DNA from: an uncultured Erysipelotrichaceae bacterium
GTDB taxonomy: Bacteria > Bacillota_I > Bacilli_A > RFN20 > DUOF01
DNA length: 64,000 nt
NCBI GenBank assembly: GCA_964442785.1
Contig: CAYTZW010000001.1
Span: 14,320-78,319, forward strand
Direction of reading: 5' to 3'
A program made the position numbers and the translations under genes. Below the pieces are notes generated by a model. It was not told the DNA's origin and made no database searches. It was given only the letters and a program-made list of their open reading frames with translations. Each line of letters starts with the position of its first letter. The first letter of the stretch is position 1. Below, in pieces: positions 63,721 through 64,000 of the stretch.

Positions 63721-64000
63721 TGAATTTACCATTTTTAAGTATTATTGATATGGAAGAAGTATTAGGTTCAATCGGAGATTTTGTTGCTTTATGTTTCTTT
63801 TGGGCAATAAAAGGTTTATTTGATCTTATGGATACTTTTATGGATATCATTTTTCAATTAGCAGGATTGAAAGACTTAGGTGGAACGGGAGGAAACATTC
63901 TTTCTAACTTCTTTTCAAATACAGGTTCAAAAGGTAGTAATTCTATTGCAACATTGTATTTTTCAATTTGTTTAGTTTGTATTGTTTTAATGTTTTTCTT
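63721..64000 (+). CDS. membrane protein, 5' partial at the window edge
   Basis: ORF runs off the window (MNLPFLSIIDMEEVLGSIGDFVALCFFWAIKGL...), hydrophobic, with an RBS AAGGAGG. Confidence 0.3.

Overview
This is the chromosomal replication-origin region of a very AT-rich (roughly 27% GC by eye) low-GC Gram-positive bacterium (Bacillota) using the standard genetic code. It carries many sporulation-lineage genes. Left of the origin, all on the minus strand, are rpmH-rnpA-yidC-jag-GNAT-mnmE-tatD-rnmV-rsmA-collagen-like lipoprotein-yabG-unknown-pth-mfd-yabO-yabP-yabQ-divIC-spoIIE-like-[2.3 kb islet]-tilS-ftsH-hslO-lipoprotein-dusB-lysS-clpC-like. The origin itself (DnaA-box clusters) lies at about 29.9-30.3 kb and again between dnaA and dnaN. 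Right of it, on the plus strand, are dnaA-dnaN-yaaA-recF-gyrB-gyrA-serS-ffs(SRP RNA)-tadA-dnaX-dut-ybaB-recR-tmk-holB-yaaT-rsmI-small membrane/XRE module-metG-mnmG-rsmG-parA-parB-membrane-dacB-spmA-spmB-(fdx)-cmk-der-spoVIF-DUF975-spoIVA. Gene order closely tracks the Bacillus subtilis ori region, except that two blocks appear swapped across the origin. There are no rRNA or tRNA genes and no CRISPR array. The most striking non-core structure is a 2.3 kb integrase-less islet flanked by near-identical 64-bp direct repeats that duplicate the 3' end of the spoIIE-like gene. Its cargo is a YhcG/DUF1016 PDDEXK nuclease, an unknown 133-aa protein and decayed ORF remnants. Also notable is a cluster of three canonical parS sites (TGTTTCACGTGAAACA) within 3.4 kb near serS/tadA/dnaX.
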